64,000 nucleotides of DNA. Origin: Malacoraja senta (Eukaryota). The notes under the pieces were generated by a model. It searched no databases. It was not told the origin of the DNA and worked only from the letters and a program-made list of their open reading frames with translations. A program made the position numbers and the translations under genes. Each line of letters begins with the position of its first letter. Position 1 is the stretch's first letter. The stretch covers positions 2,976,001 through 3,040,000 of the forward strand of contig CM075989.1 of the NCBI GenBank assembly GCA_038087875.1, given 5' to 3'. Of this stretch, positions 48,862 through 61,379 are shown in pieces.

Positions 48862-49336
48862 CATAGAAACATAGAAACATAGAAAATAGATACAGGAGGA
48901 GGCCATTCGGCCCTTCGAGCCAGCACTGCCATTCATTGTGATCATGGCTGATCGTCCCCAATCAATAACCCGTGCCTGCCTTCTCCCCATATCCCTTGAC
49001 TCCACTGGCCCCTAGAGCTCTATCTAATTATCTCTTAAATCCATCCAGTGATTTGGCCTCCATTGCCCTCTGTGGCAGGGAATTCCATAAATTCACAACT
49101 CTCTGGCTGAAAAAGTTTTTTCACACCTCAGTCTTAAATGGCCTCCCCTTTATTCTAAGACTGTGGCCCCTGGTTCTGGACTCGCCCAACATTGGGAACA
49201 TTTTTCCTGCATCTAGCTTGTCCAGTCCTTTTATAATTTTATATGTTTCTATAAGATGCCCCCTCATCCTTCTAAACTCCAGTGAATACAAGCCTAGTCT
49301 TTTCAATCTTTCCTCATATGACAGTCCCGCCATCCC
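48862..49336 (-). mobile_element. CR1 3' fragment
   Basis: GLSYEERLKRLGLYSLEFRRMRG-LIETYKI. Confidence 0.92.
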
Positions 49337-49424
49337 ATAGAATGATGTAAGTCCAAAATCGATAAAGGATTGTGAACTGTAAAACTCAAGGGTAGGGAAG
49401 TTGTGAATCGTGTAGATGCAGGTG

Positions 49425-49510
49425 AAGGGGAGGGGGAGGGGGAGGGGGAGGGGGGAGGGGGAGGGGGAGGGGGAGGGGGAAGGGGAGGGTGATGGGGAGG
49501 GGGAAGGGGA
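49425..49510. repeat. (GGGGGA)n tract
   Basis: Hexamer G-run repeat. Confidence 0.95.
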
Positions 49511-50373
49511 GAAACAGTGTCGGCCAGGGCTCAGGGAATTGGAGTGGGAAAGAAAGGGGGGTCTTGGGGTAGAAAGGTGAGGGGAAAGGGACCTGTTTGT
49601 GCAGTAGTTACTGAAGGTTGGAGAATTCAATGTTCATACTGCTGGGCTGTAAGCTGCCCAAATGGAATATGAGGTGCTGTTTCTCACGTTTGCATGTGTC
49701 CTCACTGTGGCAATGCAGGAGGCTCAGGACAGATAGGTCAGTGTGGAAAAATGTTCAAATGGTTAGCAACTGGAAGATTCTAGAGCCATAGAGTCACAGA
49801 GTGATACAGTGTTGGAAACAGGCCCTTCGGCCCAACTTGCCCACACCGGCCAACATGTCCCAGCTACACTAGTCCTATCTGCCTGCGCTTGGTCCATATC
49901 ACTGCAAACCTGACCTATCCATTTACCTGTCTAACTGTTTCTTATATTTTGGGATAGTCCCAGCCTCAACTACCTCATCTGGTAGCTTGTTCCATACATC
50001 CATCACCCTTTGTGTGAAAAAGTCACCCCTCAGATTCCTATTAAATATTTTCCGCTTCACCTTGAACCTATGTCCTCTGGTCCTCGATTCCCCTACTCTG
50101 GGCAAGAGACTGTGCATCTACCCGATCTATTCCATTCATGATTTTGTACACTTCTCTAAGATCACCCCTCATCCTCCTGCACTCCAAGGAATAGAGACCC
50201 AGCCTAATCAACCTTTCCCGATAGGTCACACCCTCTAGTCCTCGTAAATTCTCACTGAATCCTTTCAAGCTTGACAATATGTTTCCTATAACATGGTGCC
50301 CAGAACTGAACACAATATTCTAAATGTAGTCTCACCAATGTCTAATACAACTACAACATGACATCCCAACTTC

Positions 50374-50590
50374 CATGTGTAGGAAAGAACTGCAGATGCT
50401 GGTTTAAATTGAAGGTAGACACAAAATGCTGGAGTAACTCAGCGGGACAGGCAGCATCTCTGGAGAGAAAGAATGGGTGTCGTTTCGAGTCAGGTCTGAA
50501 GAAGGGTTTCAACTCGAAACGTCACCAATTCCTTCTCTCCAGAGATGTTGCCTGTCACGCTGAGTTACTCCAGCATTTTGCGTCTACCTT
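50374..50590. mobile_element. Penelope-derived fold-back element with TSD, inside CR1
   Basis: About 80-bp inverted arms; CCAACTTC duplicated (50366-50373, 50591-50598). Confidence 0.85.
50496..50523 (+). ncRNA. Minimal hammerhead ribozyme core
   Basis: GGU-CUGAAGA-A-GGGUU-UC-AACUC-GAAAC-GUC-ACC (3-bp stem I GGU/ACC). Confidence 0.7.
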
Positions 50591-51802
50591 CCAACTTCTA
50601 TACTCACTATTCTGACTGATGAAGGCCAATGTGCCAAAAGCCTTTTTGACCACCCTATCTACCTGTGACTCGACCTTCAAGGAACCATGCACCAGTACTC
50701 CTGGATCCCTCTCCTCTACAAACACTCCCTAGAGGCCTACCATTTACTGTGTATGTCCTGCCCTTGTTAGACATCCCAAAATGCAACACCTCACACTTCT
50801 CTGTATTAAATTCCATCAACCATTCCTCCGCCCACCTGGCCAATCGATCCAGATCCTGCTGCAATCTTTCACAACCGCCTTCACGATCTGCAAAACCACC
50901 CACTTTTGTATCATCAGCAAACTTGCTAATCTTGCCCTGTATGTTCTCATCCAAATCATTGATGTAGATGACAAACAGTAACGGGCCCAGCACCGAACCC
51001 TGAGGCACACCACTAGTCACAGGCCTCCAGTCCGAGAAGCAACCTTCCACCAACACCCTCTCTTCCATGGAGCCAATTTGCTATCCATTCAGCTATCTCT
51101 CCTTGAATCCCATGCGATCTAACCTTCCAGAGCAGCCTACCATGCGGAACCTTGTCAAATGCATGTAGGACTTGGCGGACTGAGCTCCAGTGTTTGGCGA
51201 AGCGTTCTCTGAGTCTACGCTTGGTCTCGCCGATGTACAGGAGGCCACGTCCGGAACACTGGATGAGGTTAGAGGAGGTACACATGAACTTCTGCCTCAC
51301 TTGGAAGGACCACTGAGGTCCATGTATGGAGATGAGGGAGGAGGTAACGGGACGGGACAGGTGTTGCATCACATGCGGTTGCAGGGGAAAGTACCTGGGC
51401 AGGTGATTTGGGTGGAAAGGAATGAGTGAACCAAGGATTTACAGAGGGAGCGGTCTCTGTCGAAGGTGGAGAAGGGTGGAGATGGGGAGATGTGACGTGG
51501 TGGTGGGATCACATTGGAGGTGACGGAAATGTGTTGGATGCAGAGGCTGGTGGGGTGAATGGTGAGGACCAGGAAAAATCTGTCCTTGTCCGTCTGGAGG
51601 GAGGGGCAACTACGGGACACAGAGAGGATGTGGCTGAGGGGCCCATCTATGACAGAAGGAGGGAAACCATGTATACTAAAGAAAGAAGACGTCTTGGATG
51701 TCCTAGAATGGAAATCTTGGGAGCAGATGTGGCGGAGACAGAGGAATTGGGAGTCGGGGATAGTGTCCTTGTAAGAGGCAGGGTAGGAGGAGGTGTAGTC
51801 AG

Positions 51803-52105
51803 TGTCATAGAGTTATACACTGTGGAAACAGGCCCTTCAGCCCAACTTGCCCATACCGACCAAAATGTCCTTTCTATCCTAGTCCCACCTGACTGCATTT
51901 GGCCCATATCTCTCTGAAACTGTCCTATCCATGTACCTGTCTAAATGTTTTTTAAACGTTGCCATAGTACCTGTCTCAACTACCTCCGCCAGCAGCTCGT
52001 TCCATACACTCACCATCCTTTGTGTGAAAAAGCTACCCCTCAGGTTCCTATTAAATCTTTCCCCTTTCACCTCAACCTCTGTCTGTGGATTCCCCTACTC
52101 TGGAC
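51803..52105 (-). mobile_element. CR1 3' end nested in Penelope remnant
   Basis: KGERFNRNLRGSFFTQR...FKKHLDRYM. Confidence 0.88.
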
Positions 52106-52384
52106 AAGTTCAGATTACTGTGGGAGTCAGTGGATTTGTAGTAGATGGCCGTTGACTTGTTGGCCCCTGTGATGGAGACAGAGAGATGAAGAAAGGGGTG
52201 AGAGGTCGTCACAGATATCCAAGTGAATTTGAAGGCAGGGTGGAAGTTAGTGGTAAAGTTAATGAAATCAACAAATTCCGCATGGGTGCAAGAGGCAGCA
52301 CCAATGTAGTCACCCATGTAGCAGAGAAAGAGTTGGGGCATGGTGCCAATGTACATTAGGAACTTTTAATTTGGCCATGTTATA

Positions 52385-52678
52385 GGTGGCACGGTGGCGC
52401 AGTGGTAGAGTTGCTGCCTTGCAGAGCCAGAAACCCGGGTTCGATCCTGACTATGGGTGCTGTCTGTGCGGAGTTTGTACGTTCTCCCCGTGACCTGCAT
52501 GTGTTTTCTCTGAGATCTTCGGTTTCCTCCCACACTCCAAAGATGTGCAGGTTTGTAGGTTAATTGGCTTGGTGTAAATGTAAAGTGTCCCTAGTGTGTG
52601 TAGGGTAGTGTTCGTGTGCGGGGATCGGTGGACTGAAGGACCTCTTTCCATGCTGTATCTCTAAACTAAGCTAAACTA
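52385..52678 (+). mobile_element. V-SINE
   Basis: Near full length. Confidence 0.9.
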
Positions 52679-52718
52679 TATTGGAAAGTTGGTCTGTTGC
52701 CAGTATAGGTGACGATTA

Positions 52719-52945
52719 AGGGGCCTGTCCCACTTGGGCGGCATTTGCGCGTCATTTATGCGACATCATTTATGCGCCACGACGCACGACGCGCGCCTCG
52801 TGACGTGCACGTAATGCGCGCATGGTGCGAAGTGACATAGGCAGTGACGCGCGGTCGCGCGCGGCGCCCCAGGATTTGGGGATGTACAACATCTTTGTGC
52901 TCCATCTGCGTGACGCGCAAATGATGCCCAAGTGGTTCAGGCCCT
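52719..52945. mobile_element. Harbinger-like MITE, same subfamily as 39825-40066, opposite orientation
   Basis: GGGCCTGTCCCACTTGGGCG..CATTTGCGCGTCA TIR; internal sequence is the reverse complement of the 39825 copy. Confidence 0.82.
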
Positions 52946-53162
52946 GAAGCATGCTTGACCCTTGAACAGGGATGTGGAAGCATCTATTTGGCACAAATGA
53001 CAATAAAACATTCTTGACTCTTGACTTGAAGGAACCCGACTCAAAACGTCACCCATCCTTTTTCTCCAGAGATGCTGCCTGGCCCGCTGAGTTTACTCCA
53101 GCCACTTTGTGTCTACCCTCACCTAAAAGATAGAGTGTGGGTGGAGAGAGTGCAAGATGTTC

Positions 53163-53975
53163 CATAGATACATAGATACATAGAAAATAGGTGCAGGAGT
53201 AGGCCATTCGGCCCTTCGAGCCTGCACCGCCATTCAATATGATCATGGCTGATCATCCCAACTCGGTATCCCGTACCTGCCTTCTCTCCATACCCCTGAT
53301 CCCTTTACCCACAAGGGCCACATCTAACTCCCTCTTAAATATAGCCAATGAACTGGCCTCAACTACCCTCTGTGGCAGAGAGTTCCAGAGATTCTCCACT
53401 CTCTGTGTGAAAAAGTTTTTCCTCATCTCGGTCTTAAAGGATTTCCCCCTTATCCTTAAGCTGTGACCCCTTGGTCCTGAACTTCCCCAACATCGGGAAC
53501 AATCTTCTGCATCTAGCCTGTCCAACCCCATAAGAATTTTGTACGTTTCTATAAGATCCCCTCTCAATCTCCTAAATTCTAGCGAGTATAAGCCAAGTCT
53601 ATCCAGTCTTTCTTCATATGAAAGTCCTGACATCCCAGGAATCAGTCTGGTGAACCTTCTCTGTACTCCCTCTATGGCTATAATGTCCTTCCTCAGATTT
53701 GGAGACCAAAACTGTACGCAATACTCCAGGTGTGGTCTCACCAAGACCCTGTACAACTGCAGTAGAACCTCCCTGCTCCTATTCTCAAACCCTCTTGCTA
53801 TGAAGGCCAACATACCATTCGCTTTCTTCACTGCCTGCTGCACCCTGCATGCCTACTTTCAATGACTGGTGTACCATGACACCCAGGTCTCGCTGCATCT
53901 CCCCATTTCCTAATCGGCCACCATTTAGATAATAGTCTGCCTTCCCGTTTTTGCCACCAAAGTGGATAACCTCAC
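53163..53975 (-). mobile_element. CR1 LINE 3' 800 bp
   Basis: ORF 53253-53843: AVKKANGMLAFI...LYRVLVRPHLEYCVQFWSP. Confidence 0.95.
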
Positions 53976-54079
53976 AGTAGCTCACAGTAACTCACTGACC
54001 ACCAGGATGTCTCTGGGTGTCTTTGTCACTGAGGACGGTGCCTTTGATTATTATGTCGCCCTTCTCCTCGTTAGTGTAG

Positions 54080-54372
54080 CCGGTACAGCTGTTGTCTCAC
54101 AACGTCGGAGAATCCGGTTCGATCCTGACCTCGGGTGCTGTCTGTGTGGAGTTTACACATTCTCCCTGTGACATGTGGGTTTCCTCCGGGTGCTCCGGTT
54201 TCCTCCCACATCCTAAAGACGTGCAGGTTTGTGGCTAAATTTGCCCCTCTGTAAATTCCACCTCGAGAAATTGGGATTACATAGAACTAGCGTGAATGGG
54301 TGATCGATGGTCGGTGTGGACTCGGTGGGCCGAAGGGCCTGTGCACACATTGTATTTCTAAACTCTAAACTC
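54080..54372 (+). mobile_element. V-SINE
   Basis: B-box, V-domain, tail. Confidence 0.85.
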
Positions 54373-55039
54373 TTTGTATGCACAACTACCTCAAAGCATC
54401 ACTGCAACCCACCTGTCAGGAGTCCACTGCTGTCATGAAGCGTGTGTCATTCATCTTTCATTCGCTGTCCATGGGAATAGAAATCCTCTCCTGCAACTGC
54501 TTCACTAGCTTGCTCTGGATTCCCTGTCAGCACGTTAAGTTGCACTGTTGCTGTGTGGACACTTTGCATTCTTAGCATCGAGCCCAGCCGGACATGTTAG
54601 TAATATTGCCGGTGCCACAAGTCGGGTAGACGTTCTGCCTCAGACCATCCCTGCCAGCAGCCTGGTTCACTCAATCAATGCTTCCATGGTTCAACACTTC
54701 AATAGTGTTTTATTTGTCACGTATGCAACTGCGCAGTGAAATTTGTTTTACATATATTACACATGCGGGCGCCGACGTTATTGCGGCCATTATTCAAACT
54801 ACGTCGGCCCGTGTGCTTGATGTACTGGAGCAGTTCCCGTGAAACCGACGCTCCTCTCCTCTCCTCGCCTGGCCATCTTTGTGTCCGGAGGCACCTCCTG
54901 CAGCCGACCAGAAGGTGCTGGAGACATTACCCCGGTTCACTCTCCAACCGGCCCTTGCTACTCGCATCCGCCTTCTCCAGCTCCCTCCCAGTTACGCCGA
55001 CTGCCGAGCTATCGAGCGGGCTCACGCTCCTACTGACTG

Positions 55040-55510
55040 GTTTACAAGGTTAATTCCGGATGGCGGGACTGTCATATGCTGAGAGATGGAGCAGCTGGGC
55101 TTGTACACTCTGGAGTTTAGAAGGATGAGAGGGTATCTCATTGAAACATATAAGATTGTTAAGGGCTTGGACACACTAGAGGCAGGAAACATGTTCAGAT
55201 GTTGGGGGAGTCCAGACCAGGGGCCACAGTTTAAGAATAAGGAGTAAGCCATTCAGAACGGAGACGAGGAAACACTTTTTCTCACAGAGAGTGGTGATTC
55301 TGTGGAATTCTCTGCCTCAGAGGGCGGTGGAGGCAGGTTCTCTGGATGCTTTCAAGAGAGAGCTAGATAGGGCTCTTAAAGATAGCGGAGTCAGGGGATA
55401 TGGGGAGAAGGCAGGAACGGGGTACTGATTGGGGATGATCAGCCATTGAATGGCGGTGCTGGCTCAAAGGGCCAAATGGCCTACTCCTGCACCTATTGTC
55501 TATTGTCTAT
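55040..55510 (+). mobile_element. Young CR1 3' fragment
   Basis: TGACTG TSD (55034, 55511); near-identical to 8069-8448. Confidence 0.92.
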
Positions 55511-55987
55511 TGACTGCCGAGCCTTTGAGTGGGCTCCTGGTCCCACCGACCGCCGAGCCTTGGGTGAGCCTTTGGTTGAACCAAGAGATTAGCCCTCCTG
55601 CACGATGACAAGCTGAATGGCAGCCATGCTCCTGGTGGCCTCCCACTCACAACCACTTCAAAACACAGGAGCCAGTCATTCATCTGGTGGGTACGTGGGG
55701 GGGATGCGCTCTGCTATTTGACATGCTTCATCACAGCACAGCAGCAATCAACAATGCAAACAGAATGTGGAAGTTGAAAGCCAAACCCGTTCAATGCTCA
55801 GAGTGTGTGGAGTCAGCTTTCCCTGGCTGCAGTCTTTTACAGCTTGTCCCAGCTGAGAACTAGGAAAGAAAAATCAGCCAGTCTCATCTCTCTCCAGGTC
55901 TCAAGATGGCCACCTTCTCAACAAAATGGGTGTGTGCGGGTGACAGGAATCGTTGGCCGCAGATGACTCTTTCTGCACTCAGACACG

Positions 55988-56297
55988 GGCGGCGCGGTGG
56001 CACAGCGGTGGAGTTGCTGCCTCACAGCACCAGAGACCTGGGTTCCATCCTGACTACGGGTGCTGTTAGTACGAAGTTTGTACCTTATCCCCGTGACCGG
56101 CGTGGGTTTTTCTCTAGGATCCCCAGTTTCCTCCCGCACTCCAAAGGCGTGCAGGTTTGTAGGTTAATTAGCTTTGGTAAAAATTGTAAAATTGTCCCTT
56201 GCGTGTGCAGGACAGTATTAGTGTTATGAGGATCGCTGGTAGGCGTGGACTCGGTGGGCCGAAGCGCCTGTACTCTGTATCTCTCAACTAAACTAAA
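55988..56297 (+). mobile_element. Full-length V-SINE
   Basis: Head, V-domain, tail. Confidence 0.9.
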
Positions 56298-56569
56298 CAT
56301 GAAGAAAATCTGAGAAGGGTCTCGGCTGAAACATCACCTCTTCCTTCTCTCCAGAGATGCTGCCTGACCCTCTGAGTTACTCCAGCTTTTTATATCTATT
56401 TTCGATGAAGAACCAGCATCTGTACTTCCTTCCTACACATGAAATAAGACTAGGTTATTTTGCTTTCACCATCTCAGCAAAAACCCCATCCACTGGCTGC
56501 CCATCGCTGGGGTGAAGAATCATCTAATTGGTGGTCAGTTATGCACAGAGCTAGAAGTATACAGACAGA

Positions 56570-56992
56570 ACAGAACAGCATATTTCACTTGGGCAGGCTT
56601 ACAACCCAGCGGTATGAATATTGACTTCTCCAACCAACTAACCTTTGCTTTCCCTCTCTCTCTCCATCCCGCCAACATCCTAGTTCTCCGATCAGTCTGA
56701 CTGTCCTCCTGATCCAATCTTACTTGGGTATGCCTCGTTGTCACCTTCCCCTAGCTAACAATTATCTCTTCTACATTTCCCTTGAGCTTCATCCCCTTTG
56801 AACACTCGTTTTCACACCTTGCCCTTCCATATCTGAAGTTCCCCCTTCCCCTGAATATCAGTCTGAAGAAGGGTCTCGACCCGAAACGGGAACCATTCAT
56901 TCTATCCAGAGCTGCTGCCTGGCCCGCTGAGTTACTCCGGCATTTTGTGTCTATCTTTGGTGTAAACCGGCATCTGCAGATCCTTCCTGCAC
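56570..56992 (+). mobile_element. Penelope 3' end: endonuclease C-terminus plus pLTR
   Basis: LQPSGMNIDFSN, then pLTR; hammerhead core at 56863 has lost its cleavage triplet (GAAAC-GGG). Confidence 0.78.
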
Positions 56993-57829
56993 AGTTCTGG
57001 TCACCTCTTTACAGGGAAAGCATGAGAGCGGCAGAGAGAAGCAGGCCCGAAGCTTACAATGTATGAGTGTCAGTGTACCTTTCAAAGCTATGTGGCAGGT
57101 GATGGGAATAGTACCACCTCCTGGTGTCAGTTGAGTGACGATTTCCTTCAACAAAGGATGCTTTACCTCTGTTGCTTTACCTCAGTGAACATCAACACTC
57201 AGGAGTTTACAGACTCCAGGCAAGGATGTTGCCAGGACTGAAGAGATTTGAACGTAAGGAATCACTGCATATGAAGATAAACACAAAGTGCTGGCGTAAC
57301 TCGGCGGGTCAGGAAGCATCTCGGGGGAGAAGGAATAAATGACATTTCGGGTCCAGACCCTACTTCAGACTTAGTCAGGGGAGAGGAAAGCTCGAGGTAT
57401 GAAAAGGTACAGAACAAACTGCCGGCAATGGTGATACGTTTGGATAGAGCAGAAAATGCTGGAAATGCTCAACTGGTCAGGAGGCGTCCACGGAGAGAGG
57501 AAGAGTTAAGTTTCAGCTCAGGGACTGCTCTCTTCAGCACAGAAGAGTCGATGGGGAGAAGCAGGTTGAAGCTGCCCACTACCATGGTCCAGCAAGCCTT
57601 CCATTCATCATCCCACTCTGCACAACCAGCTCCAGATTCAACGCAAGGAAGAACCAAGATGTGACTCCAGGACAGTAGATGACTGAGACACTGGTAACGT
57701 TTCTCAGATGCGATAGAAGGCAAAATCGAGCAGATCTCAGAGAGTTGGTGTCACAAAGCTATGTCTGGATTTAAGCGGCCTTTCGATAGGTGCATGGATA
57801 TGCAGGAAATGGGATGGAATGGAATATGT

Positions 57830-58280
57830 TATTGTCACATGTGACTAGGCAGTGAGATTCATTGCTTGCATACACAATGTATACAAATAGCGGCCAGCTA
57901 CGGTGCTGACAAAGTTACAAAGTATGTCGGCTCCTCCTTTATTCTCCCCCCCCCTCCCCATCACAGCCCCCCCCTCACCACAGCCCCCCCCCCACGCCAA
58001 GTCCCCATTGTCCATTGTTCTCATCCGTCGACTGGCGCCATTCTCGACCGCCGCACCAATCTCCCCACAACGTTGCCGAGTCCACTCCTGAGGCCTCCGT
58101 GGTGCCGACTCGGGCCCCAGCTGCGGGCTCCGTCGGTCGCCCCGCCGATCCGGGCCCCAACCCAGGCATCTACGCGGCCATCCAGGAGACATCAAGACCG
58201 TGGTGCCTTGATAAAGGCCTCTGGCCACGTTCCTAGTCCACAGCCGTGGCCCGGCGAGCGGCTATGGATAATTTACGTTT
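57830..58280 (-). mobile_element. GC-rich non-autonomous retroposon (relative at 46440-47003)
   Basis: Shared TTTGTAACTTTGTCAGCAC...GAATCTCACTG...GTCACATGTGACAATAA 3' end. Confidence 0.6.
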
Positions 58281-58740
58281 AAGTTTATGTTTACAATTGT
58301 AACGTGTAGAAGGGTCTCGACCCAAAACATCACCTATTCCTTCGCTCCATAGATGCTGCCTCACCCGCTGAGTTTCTCCAGCATTTTATCTACAGAGAAA
58401 GCTTTGTTTTACAGCTTATCCCATTAAATCAGTTAATACCATACATACTAGATAGGACTATGAAGGGTCTCGACCCAAAATGTCACCCATTCCTTCTCTC
58501 CAGAGATGCTGCCTGTTCCACTGAGTTACTCCAGCATTTTGTGTCTATCTTCGGTTTAAACCAGCATCTGCAGTTCCTTCTTATACATAGTAGATGGAAC
58601 TGTTCGGTAAACATTTGAAAGATTGTCCGCACCAAAACGTGGTGACACTGCCTAGGTGAGGTCTGCTGTATGATTTTACTGGGTTGTATGTAAAACACAG
58701 CAATAAGTACCATTGAATCATTGGAACTCAAGTACATAGA

Positions 58741-59497
58741 CCACCAGGGGCGCCGGGGAGATGGCAGCCCTGCCGGCAGTCTGTTTGTTTTTTCATCTTT
58801 TTGTTATTTTTAGTGTTTGTTAAAAGTTTGATTTAATGTCCTTCGGTTTGTTTTATGTGGGGGGAGGGAGGGGGGAGGAATGGGGTAAACTTTTTTTCAA
58901 GTTCCTACCTTCCCGGAGATGTGATCATTTTTCGGATCACATTCTCCGTGCTCTGCGGCCTTCCATCGCTGGAGCTGGAAGCCGCCTCGGACTGTCGTGA
59001 GCCCCACCGCGGGGCGCGGACTTAACATCGGAGCCAATCCCTTGCCTGGGATCGCTCCAACCACGGCCTGCGGACTTACCACCAAGGGCTCACAGGCTCG
59101 GGAGAGGCTAGTCGGGAGCTCCAACGTCGCAGAAGGTTCGACCAGCCCCTACGCGAGGTTTGATCGCCCGGCGCGGGAGACTGACAACCCCCCGATGCGG
59201 GAGCTGAACGCCTCGACGTGGAGAGCCCGAACGCCTCCGGCTACGGGAGTCGAGATCGTCCCGTCAACGGGGGCTCGAGGCCCACGACCTAGGAAGAACA
59301 AAAGGGAAGGACTTGAACTTTATTTCGCCTTCCATCACAGTGAGGAATGTGTAGGAGTCACTGTGGTGGATGTTCATGTTAAAATGTGTTTTTGAATGAG
59401 CTGCTGCTTTTAATTGGATGACTGACCTGGCCAATGAAATTCCTCGTATGTTGCAAAACATACTTGGCGAATAAAATCTGATTCTGATTCTGATTCA
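58741..59497 (+). mobile_element. About 750-bp non-autonomous retroposon, second copy
   Basis: Colinear with 3445-4200; (CTGATT)n tail. Confidence 0.65.
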
Positions 59498-60310
59498 GTA
59501 GGTAGAGCAAAGGTGAAGATACAGAATATAGTTCTCAGCATTGTTGAGTAACAGTTCCATAGACATCGTCCAATGCCTGCAATGGGGTAGCGGTGAATCG
59601 GACAGTACCCTTGCTTACGGAAGGACCATTCAGAAGTTTGATCAGAGAGGGGAGGAAGCTGCCCCTGCGTCTGGTGCTACGCTCTTTCAACCTTCAGTAT
59701 CTTCTGCCCGATGGGAGCGCGGCGAAGAAGGCATGACCCGGGTGGGAAAGTCTTGGATTATGTTGGCTGCTTCCCCGAGGCAGCGTGAAAGATGCACAGA
59801 ATTAATTGTGGCGAGTCTGTACAGGCACGTGCAGGCAGATGAGATTAGTTCAAAGGGTTCAAAAGGTATTTTATTCTCACGTGTACCAATTAAGGGACAG
59901 TGATACTGGATTGATTCATCTTGACCTTCAAGTTAGTTCCGATGACTGGTTAGCACGCAACAAAGGTTTTTACACGTGACAATAAACTAAACTTAAGCTC
60001 AACTCACGTTCGGCACAGACATTGTAGGCTGAAGGGCCTGTTCCTTTGCTGTACAATGTTCTATGTATTATGGATCCTCAGCTCAAACTAAGTGCTCCCA
60101 GCAGATCTGGAATCGTGTCGATTGCAACATTTCAAACACTGACAAGGTGGCTTTGATTTGCAATGAGGACTTCAGTCTCAGCAACCAGGAAACTCAGGGA
60201 ATACGTTCCAGATCCCGATCACCACCCGGTGAAATGATCCACTCTTAAACTCCTCTTGTGCTAATTATTATAAATCCATCATTTCTGGCTATTGACCCCT
60301 CCGTGAAAGA

Positions 60311-60555
60311 AAACAGGCCCTTCGGCCCATTGAGCGATCCCCACACATTAACACTATCCCACACACACTAGGGACAATTTACATTTATACCAAGCCAATT
60401 AACCCATAAACATGTACGTCATTGGAGTGTGGGAGGAAACCGGAGCTCCCAGAGAAAACCCACACAGGTCACGGGGAGAATGTACAGACAGCACCCGTAG
60501 TCAAGATCGGTCCTGAGACTCTGGCGCTGTGAGGCAGCAACTCTACCGCTGCCCT
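60311..60555 (-). mobile_element. V-SINE
   Basis: Reverse-complement SINE. Confidence 0.85.
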
Positions 60556-61379
60556 TGTACAATGCAGGTTTTGTCTTTGAATTATCAGCAGACCTCTGCA
60601 GATTAAACCTCACTGTTTAGCTTCTCCACATGGCACAGCGTCGTAGCTGAGGAGATGGATTTATACTCTCCCGCAGAATGGGGTAGTGAGACGGAAGTTG
60701 TGCGATTTTTCTCAAGGCAACATAAGGTCTTGTGAATTATATCTGTCCCGAGTCAACCATAACTTAGGATTTCTTGACAGTGCTGTCATTTCAAGAAAGC
60801 ATTGCCTCTTCCAGCAACAACCTGCCGCCTTTTGTTAGTCCACGCGCGGAATAAAATCTTCCCCGGAAATAAATGTGATATATCATTTTAATTATCTGTG
60901 ATTTATGTAGTGTGAGTTTAGTCTGCGGAAGACAAATGTGGATTGGTGAACACGTGAGAGTGTTTTATCATCTAACCGAGAACTGACTCCACAATTCAAA
61001 GTGGTTATGAATTTATTTGTGATACCTTGGGAAATGTCCTTCTAATCACCTTAGTATAAGAGGCACTGCAAGCAACAGACAAGTGCTTCACCACTGCAAT
61101 GCTAATGTCATCCTTGGCACAGTGAAAGGATCCTGACTTCGAGGTTCGAAGGCTATTGTGTCAAAGCCATCTCGAGAGCTTCTGATTGAATGATGGTTTG
61201 GGAGAGGCACTAACGACAGGAGGACTGCGAAGGTGATAACTCATTTAACATTCAGAATTAAGAGATTTCAGCTTCTTCCTCATATATAAGGCTGTGCAGC
61301 TGCAGAGCGAACGCATTTTGCTGTTTGAAACAGATAATTACAACACAAATATCAGCTTTATGCTGCTTCCTTCATTATC

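Larger units (their letters stand above)
49788..51162 (-). mobile_element. CR1 LINE with RT core, disrupted
   Basis: AFDKVPH...VTSGVPQGSVLGPLLF-IYINDL...KFADDTK...FN-EKCEVLHFG. Confidence 0.95.
49580..52360 (-). pseudogene. Penelope-like element RT + GIY-YIG remnant, interrupted by two CR1 insertions
   Basis: YMGDYIGA..FTTNFHPAFKFTW..IYYKSTDSHS (52072-52356); CTSSNLI..LLYIGETKRRLRERFAKH (51163-51330); continues LPVANH...QHLIFHLGSLQP-SMNIEFSN (49610-49780). Confidence 0.85.

Noticed and set aside
50655..51068. Reverse transcriptase ORF as an active gene or retron-like system
   Set aside because: Frameshifted, 5'-truncated CR1 with a nested insertion
58741..58770. CTCF-like CCACCAGGGGCGCC
   Set aside because: One base short of the core spacing and not preserved in the 3445 copy
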